A stretch of DNA of 64,000 nt from Calcarisporiella thermophila CBS 279.70 (GCF_041956535.1 NW_027192232.1:21557-85556); one strand, 5' to 3'; numbered from the stretch's first letter, positions 27,282 through 41,249 are shown. Notes: generated from the letters alone by a model not told the origin. Numbers and translations are program-made.

Positions 27282-28790
27282 TCCAAAGAGCCCGGCTCTC
27301 CCAGTCAACTTCATAGTTTTGCTTGAAAAGAATGGCCCGTTTGGTCTCCATTTTTTCATATGACTTAACTCTCCTCTAATTGATAATCGAATCATGAGCT
27401 GTGAAAGAGAATAATTATGAAAACAGTTGCTCTGGCTTGTAGTAATACAGGTATTGCGTGGTTTAGAAAATTTGAGAGTGTTTAATGTATAAATAGATAT
27501 GTTATAATAAATTCGAGATATATTAGTCTTTTCGACTTTTCAGGTTTTTCAAAGAGCTTTTACGATTTTTAAAAGGTTTGGCCAAGACAAGCTATTGAAA
27601 CGATAGAGTTGTTGGCTCAAACAATTTCTATAGATTCTAATCTGATGGTCCTGTACTTTAGTCTATTACTCGATTGAGAAAGTATTTCTCGTTTTTTAGG
27701 CTTACACAAAGAAATTTATGGCTGGGACAAATCAGCGCTGAAAACCCAAGTCGAGCGGGAGATTGGTTCAAATCCGCAACTTTAAACCTAGACCTTGGGG
27801 TGCAATTAATGACGTCACCATCACTAATGAAATAAGAGATGCTTCTTTATTAGTCAACTAGTGCCCAACTCGTAAGCCCAATTGCACACTTCAAATTTCA
27901 TTCGAAGGATTATCTAAAGTGTAAATCAATAATGACAGTTTTAATCACAGTTAGTAACAAATAATCCAACCCTTGCATATGATCATTTGTAACCCCACTG
28001 GAAACGATGGAAGCGCTGAAATCGAACGATCCGGATTTGGATTAGCCCGGCAATAGCATAAATCCTTGATAGAGTTGGAAGAGTGATCGAGAATTCACCA
28101 GGGGCGAGCTCTTCTACCGAGGTCAGGCAAGCGAGACGTCTTGAAAGCCGGCGGACAAAAATGCCTAGAACTCTCTGCAAACTCTCTGCTTAGCTATGAG
28201 GCTGAAAGGGCTGATGCAACACGAAGGCCCATTGCACGTAACCATAAGAAGGCTGTATTAAATATAGCGCGGTAGAAGGCACCCGAGATGAACCATAGGA
28301 CCCAAGTGCATGGGCAGTTTATAGCAGACTATTTTTGCTGGATACTACACGAAACGCTCACAAATCCAAGATGACGACGGAAGGACGGCGTGACTTGCTT
28401 TTTATATTAGCAAGATAAATCCGGCCACTCTAGGCCAAAGGATTGAAACCCAGCTGTATGAATATTGGAATTTATCATTTTTAATTAATTTTAAGCTCAA
28501 GGATTGGGCGACGAAGCACAGATGGCCGGTGTAATTAGGTGGTGTTTCGAAAAATTGAAGTATATCTTGAGGGAGGAAGACGCTTTCGACCTGCATTTCA
28601 TTTTGTCATTTCCATAATTCCTAGTCATTCCCTTCCCCTCCCCCCTTTCCCTCATTCTGTAGTTTGCTGAGCCGCCACTAACCCTTGGCTGCCCTCCATT
28701 CCTACCACGCATACGTACGCACGCGCTCACGCACACCCACCTCTCCCCCATTCTCATAGTAATACACTAATTCATTCGCATATCATCACC

Positions 28791-29984
28791 ATGAACCCCA
28801 TTGACGCCGTGGTCCAGCTTCCACTTGAAGAGCGTTCCCAATACACCGCTGCCCTTCGCTACTTCCTCTCCACAGCCCCGGGCGCTTGCTCCGCCACGGC
28901 GCCCTATCAAACCTTCAAACTCCCCACGGGGGACAAGATCACTTGCGTTTTCCACAACGATATACCTTTTGTTTCGGCGCCCGACATCTTGCGTATACTG
29001 TACTGTCGCTTTGCGCTTCTGGGACGGCAAGTGATAGACCTGCGGAAATTCGAGGAGGGCATCCAAAGCGATCTGCGCCACCTTCAGGTGGGTCTGTCCG
29101 CGACTCTCGAGGAAACAAGGTCGCCGCTCCTCCAACTTCTGCACTGCAAGGGGAGTATAAAAACGCTCAAGAGGCAGAAGGTCTATTTCTGGTTCGCAGT
29201 GCCGTATGACAGGCTGTTCCTGGACGCGCTGGAGAGGGATATCCGGCGAGAGAGGAGAGGGATGGCCACAACCAGCATTGCCTTGGCTGAGCCCGCAACC
29301 CGCGTGAGCATGGACCGAACCGACGCCCGATTTTTCGAGCTGAGAAAGGAGCTGCTGGGCGACGAGGGCGCCTCCCATTTAGCCGGCGTGGCGGAGGGGG
29401 AGTCGTTTTTGGAGCAGCTAGAGGAGGCGAAATCGGCCACCGCGTTTTCCCTTTCGCCGACCTCGACCGTTACCCACGAGGACGAGAGGGAGAATCCCGC
29501 CCTCTCGTTCAAAGATACTCTCCCGGACCTCTCTCCCACCACCTCGGACTATAACCCGGCCGTTTGCTCGTTTGACAAGCGGGCCTCATCCCTTATGTTT
29601 TCCCCCATGGATTATTTTTCGCCCCTAATACCCTCGCTGCCCATCCTCCAACCCGAATCCCCCGAAAAACTCTCCGAGCCGCCGCTACCAACCCACGACC
29701 GCCCGCACGTCTGCCCCCACGAGGGATGCAGAAAGGCCTTCAAGCGGCTGCAGCACTACAAGCGCCACCAGCGCACCCACACCAACCTCCGCCCATTCGT
29801 GTGCGAGACATGCGGGAGAGCGTTCGCCCGCTCCGACAGCCTAACCGTCCACCAGCGGACGCATCAACGCAATAGCCTTCAGCCGAAGCAGGGCCATTTG
29901 GTGAATGCGCATGGTAACAAGCAGCCGATGGCGGGGGCCACGGAGCAGGAGTCCTTTGGAAATGTACAACTAATAAATTATTAA
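28791..29984 (+). CDS. STE12: STE12-like transcription factor (STE domain plus two C2H2 fingers), intronless
   Basis: KFEEGIQSDLRHL and QKVYFWFAVPYDRLFLDALERD; fingers CPHEGC..HQRTH and CETC..HQRTH. Confidence 0.92.
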   Translation: MNPIDAVVQLPLEERSQYTAALRYFLSTAPGACSATAPYQTFKLPTGDKITCVFHNDIPFVSAPDILRILYCRFALLGRQVIDLRKFEEGIQSDLRHLQVGLSATLEETRSPLLQLLHCKGSIKTLKRQKVYFWFAVPYDRLFLDALERDIRRERRGMATTSIALAEPATRVSMDRTDARFFELRKELLGDEGASHLAGVAEGESFLEQLEEAKSATAFSLSPTSTVTHEDERENPALSFKDTLPDLSPTTSDYNPAVCSFDKRASSLMFSPMDYFSPLIPSLPILQPESPEKLSEPPLPTHDRPHVCPHEGCRKAFKRLQHYKRHQRTHTNLRPFVCETCGRAFARSDSLTVHQRTHQRNSLQPKQGHLVNAHGNKQPMAGATEQESFGNVQLINY

Positions 29985-30123
29985 GAAGAAGTTGATTTTA
30001 TTCATTCTACAAGAATTCAGAAGTAGAAGATAGTTAGATGAGAGAAAAGAGAGGAAGAAATGTAAGAAAAGTGCTGCCGAAATAAAAATCCAGAAAGAGT
30101 TAGCGGCCTCTGGCGCCCGGCCC

Positions 30124-31627
<1,504 letters not shown>

Positions 31628-31830
31628 GGTTTGATCAAAGGGTAGAATAAATCAGCGAAACGACGCGTTGATATTCAAGGTAGCATGCGTAATACTGATG
31701 GAATCGTCACTGTATGATATCACTCAAATTTTCAACAAGCTTCTATCACTCGCTAACCTTAACTCTTTCTTTACAAAAAGCCCATCTCTTTCCAATTCCC
31801 TTTCCTAATTTATTAGTCGCCCATACAGAA

Positions 31831-32580
31831 ATGGCCAAAAAAAAGAAACACGATCTTCCCCTTCACAAGGTTATCATGGTAGGTCCCGGAGGGGTTGGTA
31901 AGAGTGCGCTCACCCTACAGTACATGTACGGTGATTTCGTGGAGGAGTACGACCCGACAAAGGCCGACTCTTACCGCAAGAAAGTCATGTTGGATGGGCA
32001 AGAGTGCCAAATCGATATTCTCGATACGGCCGGGCAAGGTAACGTTAATCATTCAGATGAGACGCCTGCTAAGGAAAGGAGAGAGCCCATACTAATTGAT
32101 ATCTCATGAATTGTTCAAATGACCGCGAACAGAGGAGTATGCGGCGGTAAGCTTTTCAAACTCTCTTTTTATCCTTTTTCTCCCCATCTCCACTCTAAAT
32201 GCGCCTCCCAAGCTTAGATCCGTGACAATTATTATCGCTCTGGTGAGGGCTTCCTGTGCGTCTTTTCCGTGTGCGAGCATGAATCCTTTGAGCACACTCA
32301 AGAGTTCCGGGATCAAATACTCCGTGTGTTGGACGATGAAGCCATTCCTTTCATCCTTGTTGGCAATAAGGTTGATCTTGCGCACCTGCGGAAGGTGACG
32401 ACTGAGGAGGCTAAGACACGGGCAAGCGAATGGGGTTGCCCTTACGTCGAAACATCCGCGAAAACCCGCCAAGGCGTGGATGAGGTGTACACACAGCTTA
32501 TGAGAATGATTAGGGATCGAAAAGATATGGCACGGGAGAGAGAACGAAAAGCAAAGAAGGGCAAGTGCATTATTCTTTAA
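31831..32580 (+). CDS. RAL: Ral-type small GTPase (3 exons, including a 14-nt micro-exon 32133-32146)
   Basis: [20 protein letters not shown], Ral-type effector loop [34 protein letters not shown]-terminal CIIL CAAX box. Confidence 0.92.
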
Positions 32581-33210
32581 GTGCTGTCCCCCTTTTTTTC
32601 TTCTCTTTCTTTCTTTCTTTTCTCTCTAACTTGACTATAGAATTGTTTTTATTGTTGTAACCACATTTTATATTCTCACCACTTTCTTTCCTTTTTCTAG
32701 TGGCAAGTTTTTTTAGGTGTGTTGGTGAGAGTGATTTTATAGTCTTCTAAATAATTTTTCTTTTTCTATTTTCTTTCTTTCTTTCTTTCTTTTTTTTTTT
32801 TTATTTTCTTTTTTGCTTTTGTTTGCTTATCTAGATAATATTCTATACTCTTTTATTGTTTTCTTTTTCTTCCTTTCAACCTATTCCCTACAATTTTTTT
32901 TTGTTGTTCTCGCTCTTGTCTTTGAGCTAGATCGCTCTCTTTGAAATATTTCATTCTATCCTAACGTATCCGATCCACTGTTAAAAAGTCGTCCAAGGTG
33001 CAGCTGAAACAGTCAAAAAAAAACTTAAATGTTTTATCTAATAGTTTGTGCGGTTATTTACAAATATAAGTATTAAACGTAATGAAAACTGTATAGATAT
33101 GGATAAATATATAGCTATAAAATCCGGAGGAATTACGAGGAATTCAGATAGCTATAGAAAAAAAAAAAAAGAAGAGAGAGAGAAAGCTATGAACAATAAA
33201 AGAAATAGTA

Positions 33211-35502
33211 TTAGAAGTCATTGTAGTTAGAAGCTGTAGGGGTGAATGAAACAGAAGAGGTAGAGTCCGAGGTTGGATGTGAGCGGGAGAGGTCGTCGCC
33301 AAATATCTTAGAGGGCAGAGCGGGAGAGCCCATCATTTTGGGCCGCTTATCAATGGACTCCTCGTTAAACTGCAGGGGAGGAAGACGAATTCGCCCGACA
33401 TCGTCCTGCCAATGTCTAATAGGGAGCACATTTTGGGTGGTGGAGAGAAGAGAGGGTGGTTTTTCGGTGATAGGTGCTAATGGAGACGACATAGTGATTC
33501 CTTGCGAGGGTTGGGTGGGATCCGGGTGAGATTGAGAGGGATCGACCCGAAGGGGATCCAGCTTAGGATAAGCGAGTGGGGTGAACGGATGAAGGGGGGA
33601 TGCATCAGAGGTCAAGGGAGTTGTGTGCCGTAGAGCTAAGGGTGGGCGAGGGTGAGATGAAGAGAGAGGGTGAAATGGAAAGGCGTTTAATGGAGAAGCT
33701 ACGGGCGAAGAGGAGGAGGAGAGGGGCAAGGAAGATGCGGAAGGGTAATATGATGCTGTTACAATGGAGAAGGAGGAGAGGGGGGGGGAGTGTGAGTCAC
33801 CAGAAGAAAGCGATTGAATGTTTTTAGCTTACCAGACGTGTTTGGTAAAGTAGACTCTCTTGTTGCGAGATGCATTACTGGTGCTTCTCCCATCTTCAAT
33901 AATGCTCCCGCAGCCGCAACTTTGTCGGCTACAGCTGAGTCTGAAAATGACTCGGAATCCATTTCGGGAACCTGATGGAGTTTAGAGACGTGGGATAGTG
34001 TGGAGGGCGGGTTGTCCGTATTGGATTCACAGGATTTCGGGAGTTGGTTAGAGCACGAGGAATTGGGTGCAAGTTCACTACTGTTGTAACCGCTGTCAGG
34101 AGGATCTCTATCCATTGCAGCATATAAGTTCGGAGTTATAGGTGCTAGTGCAGGTTTTGGATCGGCAATCGCACTCGAATCTGGGGGTGCGGACACCAGA
34201 GGACTGGGTTGTTCTTCGCTTTCGGGAGATACTGTTAGGAAAAAAAAAATTAGCTGATGGACATTATCGACAGTGATAGATGAGGAGAGAGCCACACCTT
34301 TTTTACGTTTCGTAGTTTCCGTCAATTTGGACACTCTTCTTTTACTTGACTTTTGCTCCCGGTTAGAAGGGCTGTTGGTTCGTCCTGGGTGTTTCCTAGT
34401 CATCATCAAAAAGCGTCATTAATATCAATGCGAGAGGATCGGCATTTAAATGCAAGTGAGTCAGAAAGAAACGAGGGCAATGGAGGTCAAGCCAAGCATA
34501 AAATTGGATACATACAGAGGAATTCGATGTTCTTTGCGGATCTTGATCTTCACACCTTGATCGGCGAAAGAGCGCGATAAAAAAGTGGACTCAGCCATCC
34601 CGGGAAAATCTTTCTGCATGAATACTGTAAAGGGATCAGAGCAGGCGGATTGGATATGTAAGACCTCATTCCTAATAGTAATCGATAGAAGTTAGAGTTA
34701 ATTCATGACTAGGGGGTGTGGCCATTAGTGTGGCCGCGGACTCATTTGGTGGATATATTTACAATGTGATTTGAAATAAGCTGAATTTGAGGCGATAGCG
34801 ACCTTCGACGCACACCGATAGATCTCCAAACACAAAAAAGCCTCCGTCTAAAATAAAGTAGGAGTATTAACGCACAGAGGCTTAGATATAGGTACATAAG
34901 GAATTGGATCGCAACTTGTAATAATACCCGTATTATCGACGTCCTTCAGCCGATGCAGCGATGATACCACATTACCCAGAAGCGGCCTTTGTGGACCTGT
35001 CATGATGTCTTGATCGCTATCCGCTTCCACCAAATTTACGCACATAAAATAATACGGACTCTGCAAAAAGCGTCTGGACAAAAGATGGACAAATTAGCGA
35101 GTTAAGTTAAAATGTTTAGAGGACAGGTGGGAAATCCAGCTAAAATTTACTGTATCTCTCCGGTAGATGTGTTGTTTAGTATGATTTGAACAATGGGGGG
35201 AGGATCGACTGGTCGACGATCTAGGGGAGTCTCTTAGCAATTGCTTGAAAAATAAATTAACTATAAACTACCTTTGTCAGAGAAAGTACACACGCACGCT
35301 TGTTTTGGTTGCTGGCGAATGACCAGCGTATATCTTGCACTGATTAACACGTACAATCAGTATTGATTGGATAATAAGGAAAGGTCCGGGTTAGGGGTAC
35401 TTACGGATCAATTCCAAAGAGCTCATGGTCAGCAGCATCGACAAAGCTGTACGCTTGTCGTAGGGCGGAAGCTCTCTTATCAGATTTCGGTTCACTCCCC
35501 AT
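33211..35502 (-). CDS. Velvet-domain regulator, VosA-like (multi-exon)
   Basis: Spliced [71 protein letters not shown]; S/P-rich tail. Confidence 0.88.
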
Positions 35503-35875
35503 CCGAAATGGTTTTGATTAACTGACACTACCGATGTTGATCAATATTAACCAGCTAGTTAAAATTTAAGAATAAAGCGTAACATCTAAAATATGGTTCC
35601 CAAAAGAGTAATATATAGAGTAAAAAGCCGATTGATGGAAAAGAGAATAAATGAAAGGCAAATGACGCTTCAGCTATTTTGCTTCAGCAAACATGACTTT
35701 AAAAGAGTTAAAATTCGTATTTTTCAAATGAGGAGAAATTGGTAAATGGCTCTCTTAAAAAATTCGATTTTTTGTACACCCTACAATACGTCACATCGTC
35801 CATTTTTTTCGTGGCTTAGAAACCAAATATAAGGATTGTTCAAATTCACATTCAACTTGAACTGTTCTAGAGCAG

Positions 35876-37125
35876 ATGGAAGCGACGGCTGCTGCGGACT
35901 TTTTTTCGCATTTCCGCACAGAGAGACAAGGTAATCCATCCCGAGAATAATGCGGCTTTAACCTTCCCACTTCCTGAGCCTCACCTTGCTCTTTCTTCGC
36001 CTCGATAATCTTGCAGACATCAGCCGACTTATCCAGTCACTCGATGCTGGCTCGCAGATTGCCCTAAGCCAGCAATGCGATGCTATCCTCCAGCGCATAA
36101 GTGAGCTGGAGAAGCGCGTAACTGCTGCCATTATTTTCCTCCCCACTTATGACCAACAATCCTATGCCTTGGTAACCATTTGGCTTATTGACACCAATGC
36201 TCCTTATTACGAATCTTATTGTTTTACTCCTATCGTTTAGCAATTGAAGGAGCTGTCGGATCAGCTCAATACACGTCGAAACCAGTTGAGCCCCCGAGAA
36301 AAATTTTCGTTCAAATCGAAACGACATAGAAGAAAGGATAGAGAAGAAGAGAAAGTAATACCGAATACGGAGAAGGAATCTTCCAAATGTAACATTTCGA
36401 GTCTTCCTCTGCTTCACAAAGTTTTGCTCAATGATTAGCGATGCATTTTAACCGGTTCCTGCTATAGCTATCACCCAAGAAACTAAGCTTGATGCGTCTT
36501 TTTTGATATCTAATCTTACCCATCAATATGTCCATATATCTCCTCCCTCTTCGGCCGCTCCCACCGATTGTGCATTGGTAAATCTAACCGATTGCATTGT
36601 CAATCTCTTGAGCACACGCCTCTCAGCTCTGCACATACGAAGTCTTCGACGCTGCGTGGTAATTTCGTCACCTGTATCCAGCTCGGTGCTTGTTAGTGAG
36701 TGCGAAGAATGTGTCATGATACTTGCTTGCCATCAGTTTCGCATGCACAATTCATGGAGAGTGGATGTTCGTTTGCACGTGAACAGTCAGCCAATCATCG
36801 AGGATTGCCAGAGGGTTCGGTTTGGACGATATTGTATTAAGGACACAAGCCGGCTATTTGAGGTATAGCGAATGATGCCAATCTGCACGGATTCTTGAAT
36901 TAATGTTTGCCGCAAATTATCCAGGAATCAGGGTTGGACTCCACGCCTAACCAGCTTTATACCCAAGTAAGAGATTTCAAGTGGTTGCGACGTGATCCAT
37001 CCCCCAATTGGTCGTTGATCGAAGAGAACGAAGACCACGAAAGAATACTCGACATCTCGCATCGTGAGATAAAGGCGCTGAATTACGACGAGGCACTACT
37101 AGAAATGCTGAAAACACTTGATTAG
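35876..37125 (+). CDS. TBCC: Tubulin-specific chaperone C
   Basis: FLPTYDQ, PREKFSFKS, ACHQFRMHNS, SQPIIEDC, VRDFKWLR..PSPNW. Confidence 0.9.
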
Positions 37126-38449
37126 AGAACGATATTCTCACTCGTTTGCGAAGTTTCCAAGTATCCAGAGGGGGGTTGTCCGTTAGCGTGATCCACTCCG
37201 CATAATGCTCGAGAATTTTATTTTAAACCTCTTGATAGTATTCGCATTCAAAGTATCCACACAAGATAGGGACGATATTCGATTTGCTCAGTTTTCTATT
37301 GTCCCGCTCTTGTTTTCCTGTTTAATAGAAGCTATTTTTAATATTATTATTCAGCCTCGCCATCCTCACACACCTTATTGATTTAGTGGTTGAGGTTTTC
37401 GGCATACTCAAAAATAGAGTGCGCAACAGAATATGCCTCTCAGGATGCAACTCAGTCAATGTGAGTCAAAATCGTAGTTGCATACTGATTATTGGCATTG
37501 GCCTTCTCCTTAAATCCGCATAGGAGGCATGTAATCCAAAGTTTATTAGAGACTCATCAATTGGTTGTGCTGCTCCGCAGCTAACCAAGAAAATCCACGG
37601 ATATATATTACTTTGTGCATTTCCACCAATTTCCATTGTAGCAACCATATTGGACGAGGCTGCACAATACCAGAAAGCAGCAGTGGAAACACCACATTCC
37701 CAGAGTAACAATACCAGACGTCTAATATTGCCTTTTCATTCACAAGAATCGCAGGGTTGGCTGTTTTTGCTCAATCTCGTGCACGGCATGCTCTATTGAC
37801 GAGAGTTAGACTATGCTGACTTCAAATGGTCAATCCCCCACGGGATTTGAATCAACTCAGGGTCGCCTTTGTTATTATTTCGGTCAATTCCCAAATTGCC
37901 GTATGCCTCGAGGTCGGGCTTGTATCACGGACCTGGTCATATCGCGTCCCTCCCTTTGCACCAGTCTATTTCAGACCTGTCTTCCAGTGAAGCTTGGACA
38001 GGGGAAGAGTTGGGTTCCGCCGCAAATGGCCAGGTAGTAATTCGATGACGTTTCAGTCGACTTTGGGCCGGGAGCAACTAATGCAAATGCGGTTCAATTA
38101 AGCCCTTCACCACTTTTTGATTCCAGTTGATTTTTCCAGCCTTATATGGGAGTGCCCTCTCTTAATATAGAACTCTTGCATTTGCATTTCAGCCGCAGTT
38201 GAAAGTCCGAGGTAGTATCTCATTCTCGTAGGTGCAGTTTATTTTCTTTTTTATTTCATCGGATCAGCTTTCTGACCTCTCTGCTTAATTCATACTATAC
38301 CTCAGCATTTCAAGCAGCTATTTCTTTTATTTGAAATAGCACCACTTAGAGTGCAGGCGTTGATACCCCGTGCGTTTATGTCATCCTAGGCATAACATCG
38401 CTTATTAGAGAATCGTCTGCTCTCCATTATTTTTTTTTATTTTGTAATC

Positions 38450-39361
38450 ATGCGATTGCCCACACGCATCTTTCGATTCTCCCAGCCCTCACAATCCCGA
38501 TCCCAATCACCCACCGCTACCACCTCTACCACCATCTCATCTCCTCCCTCTTCCTCCCTCGATACAAGGCCACATCATCAAATCCAATCCTCTAGACAGC
38601 CGTTGAGGCACTCTTTACACTCTTACACTCCATCTCTAAAAAAGGTCCAGTCTAATCCAGATGTTAGTTTCGTACGTGCAGTTCGCCTGTTGCAACTTGA
38701 GCGCGAGCGGCTGGAACATCATCCCGAGCGGAACAATCCATTTCTGGAGCTCGAACGGGAGCTCCGAGATCGCGCCATTTTTGTCGGATGGAGGATAAGC
38801 CGGACACTTGCTGCGGCATGTTCGAACATTCGAGAGGAGGAGAATAAGCAATTGGTAAAATCAACCGTCGGTCGACTTTTTACCTATTACCATGTGCGTG
38901 ATGTAGAGACTACATTGAGAGAACAAGTGATGCTGGAGCTTGAAAGCGAGGCGAGTTCCTTGGGACTTGACATAAAGCACACTGGCGTTGCGGAAGCGAT
39001 CTATGCCGTGAAGTACACTCTAGATGTGCTCTACCCGCGCAAGTGGTCGCTCACCGAGATGAGTTCTCTACTGAGACGTGCAAGCGAGTGTGTTCGCGAG
39101 TGCATAGAGAGTGAAACACGACTGACTCCTGCAGAAAGAGAGTGCATGTTTGTGTTTCATCGGTTGAAGAGCGGAATAGATTGGGACCGAGAGCCAGTGG
39201 AGCCTATTGCTAAGGAGCTTGTACGAGCGACGGAAGAAATAAGGCTCTTAGAGGAAGTGGTGCCCGGCATCGATCACGGAAAGCGTGGACCAAAGTGGGA
39301 GATGGAGGGCATGGAGGACCTGATGGGACATCGCCCGCTCGTGGAAGTCAGTCTATTGTAA
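38450..39361 (+). CDS. Hypothetical 303-aa protein, S/P-rich N-terminus and helical C-terminus
   Basis: Long intronless ATG-initiated ORF with pyrimidine-rich flanks; no family recognised. Confidence 0.7.
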   Translation: MRLPTRIFRFSQPSQSRSQSPTATTSTTISSPPSSSLDTRPHHQIQSSRQPLRHSLHSYTPSLKKVQSNPDVSFVRAVRLLQLERERLEHHPERNNPFLELERELRDRAIFVGWRISRTLAAACSNIREEENKQLVKSTVGRLFTYYHVRDVETTLREQVMLELESEASSLGLDIKHTGVAEAIYAVKYTLDVLYPRKWSLTEMSSLLRRASECVRECIESETRLTPAERECMFVFHRLKSGIDWDREPVEPIAKELVRATEEIRLLEEVVPGIDHGKRGPKWEMEGMEDLMGHRPLVEVSLL

Positions 39362-40023
39362 ACATTTTTTCCTGTCCCCCCCCCTAATTTATAGATCACC
39401 ACGTCTTTTTTTATGCTTTACCCATTTGATGATATCATTTATTTTTCTCTTTTCTTTTCCTAATTTCTCTCCCGTGTCTTTCGTTTTTAATGCCCTTATT
39501 TCTTTTGATTGTGATATTGTTATAGATCGTCAATGGTATTCTTTCCGTTGATCTGGCATTTTCCTAGTCTCATTCGTTTTCCTCCCTATCTTGTCTATTT
39601 ATCTACACCTCCACATATATATATTTACGTTGCGTTTAGAACACTTTTGCTTACGCCCACAATCATGCTTATTTTCATTCCATAAATAAAAATAAACCAA
39701 AATTTCTAATTCATGCTTTTTGCTGCAATCGAATTTAGATTAAAATTTAAAATTCGAATCTTCCTATCACGCAAGAAAAAGTTAAATGGTAGAGAAAATG
39801 AGTGATTAAAGCGAGGGAGATAGAAAAGGGTATCTGAGAATCTATAGCAAGTTATTACAAATAACAAATAAAAAAAATGCTCTATAAATAAATAGTACTT
39901 TTAGGTTGTCGTGACGGGACAGACAACACATAACATAGTCTGAGCAAAGCCCTCCAATACTATAAGGCCATCGAATGAGGTAATGGGTGAAAGTAGAGTT
40001 CGGTTTGGCAGCGAGATCAGCAT

Positions 40024-40146
40024 CTAAAATGGACATGCCAGGTGCGCAGTATGTCGTCTTCCACACCGCGGGCAGACGGGAGGCTCGGGAAATACATCAG
40101 CGTGGACATGGGTGGCAAAGCGCTTCGAATCGGGAGAGGAACGCAT
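40024..40146 (-). CDS. Putative 40-aa microprotein with C-x2-C-x3-H-x5-C
   Basis: ACAATG start context, CT-rich leader and TATTTAAA at ~40391-40398; ORF ends CPRCGRRHTAHLACPF*. Confidence 0.4.
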   Translation of the reverse strand: MRSSPDSKRFATHVHADVFPEPPVCPRCGRRHTAHLACPF

Positions 40147-41249
40147 TGTCAGGTGTTTATTGAACTCGAGGGACAAAATGGCGTGCAATAAAGAAATATT
40201 GGGAAAGGCTTGAGTGCAGAGAGGGAGAAGAAGGAGGAAGAGGAGAAAGAATAAAAAAAGGGGTAGGGTGTGGTAAGAAGAGCAGCCTTTGAATTGCACA
40301 AACGCCGAGGGAGCGTCAAGAAGTTACCGAAGATATGGCTACAAAAATAAAACAGAAGAGAAAGGAAAGAAAGAGGTTCTAGAGCGCAATTTTAAATACC
40401 CTCATACCTATCTCTACCCGCTCTGAGCCTCGTATCCCCGATAGGTATAAACTAGAATAAAGGAAAAGGGTTTTTACTGAAACTATAAATCAAAAAGTAT
40501 TACAAAAGGTTAATAAAGCAGTGGAAGGATGGATTTGGAACGAGGGGAAGGGGCACCCGTCAAACGATTGGTGGCGTAGCATGGCTAAGCACGTGTTATT
40601 AACTCTAATAGTGCGCTGCCTTATCGCGCGAGCGCGTCTGGCTGGCCCCGACGGGGCGACAAAATGAGAGACAATCCAATATGTAGATGCATAGCGGGCG
40701 AATGAATGTCGTCGGAGGGAGGGGAGGAGGAGGGAGGTAATCAACTTGCATTCAATTTGGCTTGGCAGCGCACCCCAGATAAGCATAGATAGAGTATGCT
40801 GGTCAATAGCAATAGCGTGATTTCAGCATGTGAAAGTCAAATCAAATTCATGGAAATAACGTGTCATAGTGCTTTGGTAATACCGACAAGCACTAGCGAT
40901 CTTCCTCTTTCTCTCTCTGTGTATCATTAACGTCAAACCAATGGAGAACTCCAGAAAAATTGCCGCGTCTGTCAAACTGCGACTGCTCGAGAAATTCGCG
41001 CGAAAGTACACCGGCCGAGGAGCGACCGCCTTACCCGGTCAATATTATGATTCGACCCAGAACCGAACCGTCGATAGGCTTTGAACTCGGAGGGATTGTC
41101 TTACACCAGAGCATCCATTATAGAGACGCGCGGGGTATTTTGACACTCTTCTTTGAGCTAATATCGATCCAATCCAAATGGCCTAGGGAATGTGAAGGAT
41201 GCTGTCCTCGCGCTGGATACTATGTAAAACAACTGGCCTTGTCGCACAT

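Noticed and set aside
21000-28700. a-factor-like CAAX pheromone precursor near STE3
   Set aside because: None found by eye; for example, ORF 26759-26959 ends AIAM with no Cys. The scan was not exhaustive.
28767-29378. Long antisense ORFs here and at 7123-8004, 13752-14342 and 30179-30700
   Set aside because: Shadow frames of GC-rich, well-supported genes on the opposite strand.
32580-32900. Long T/C-rich tract
   Set aside because: Ordinary low-complexity 3' UTR.
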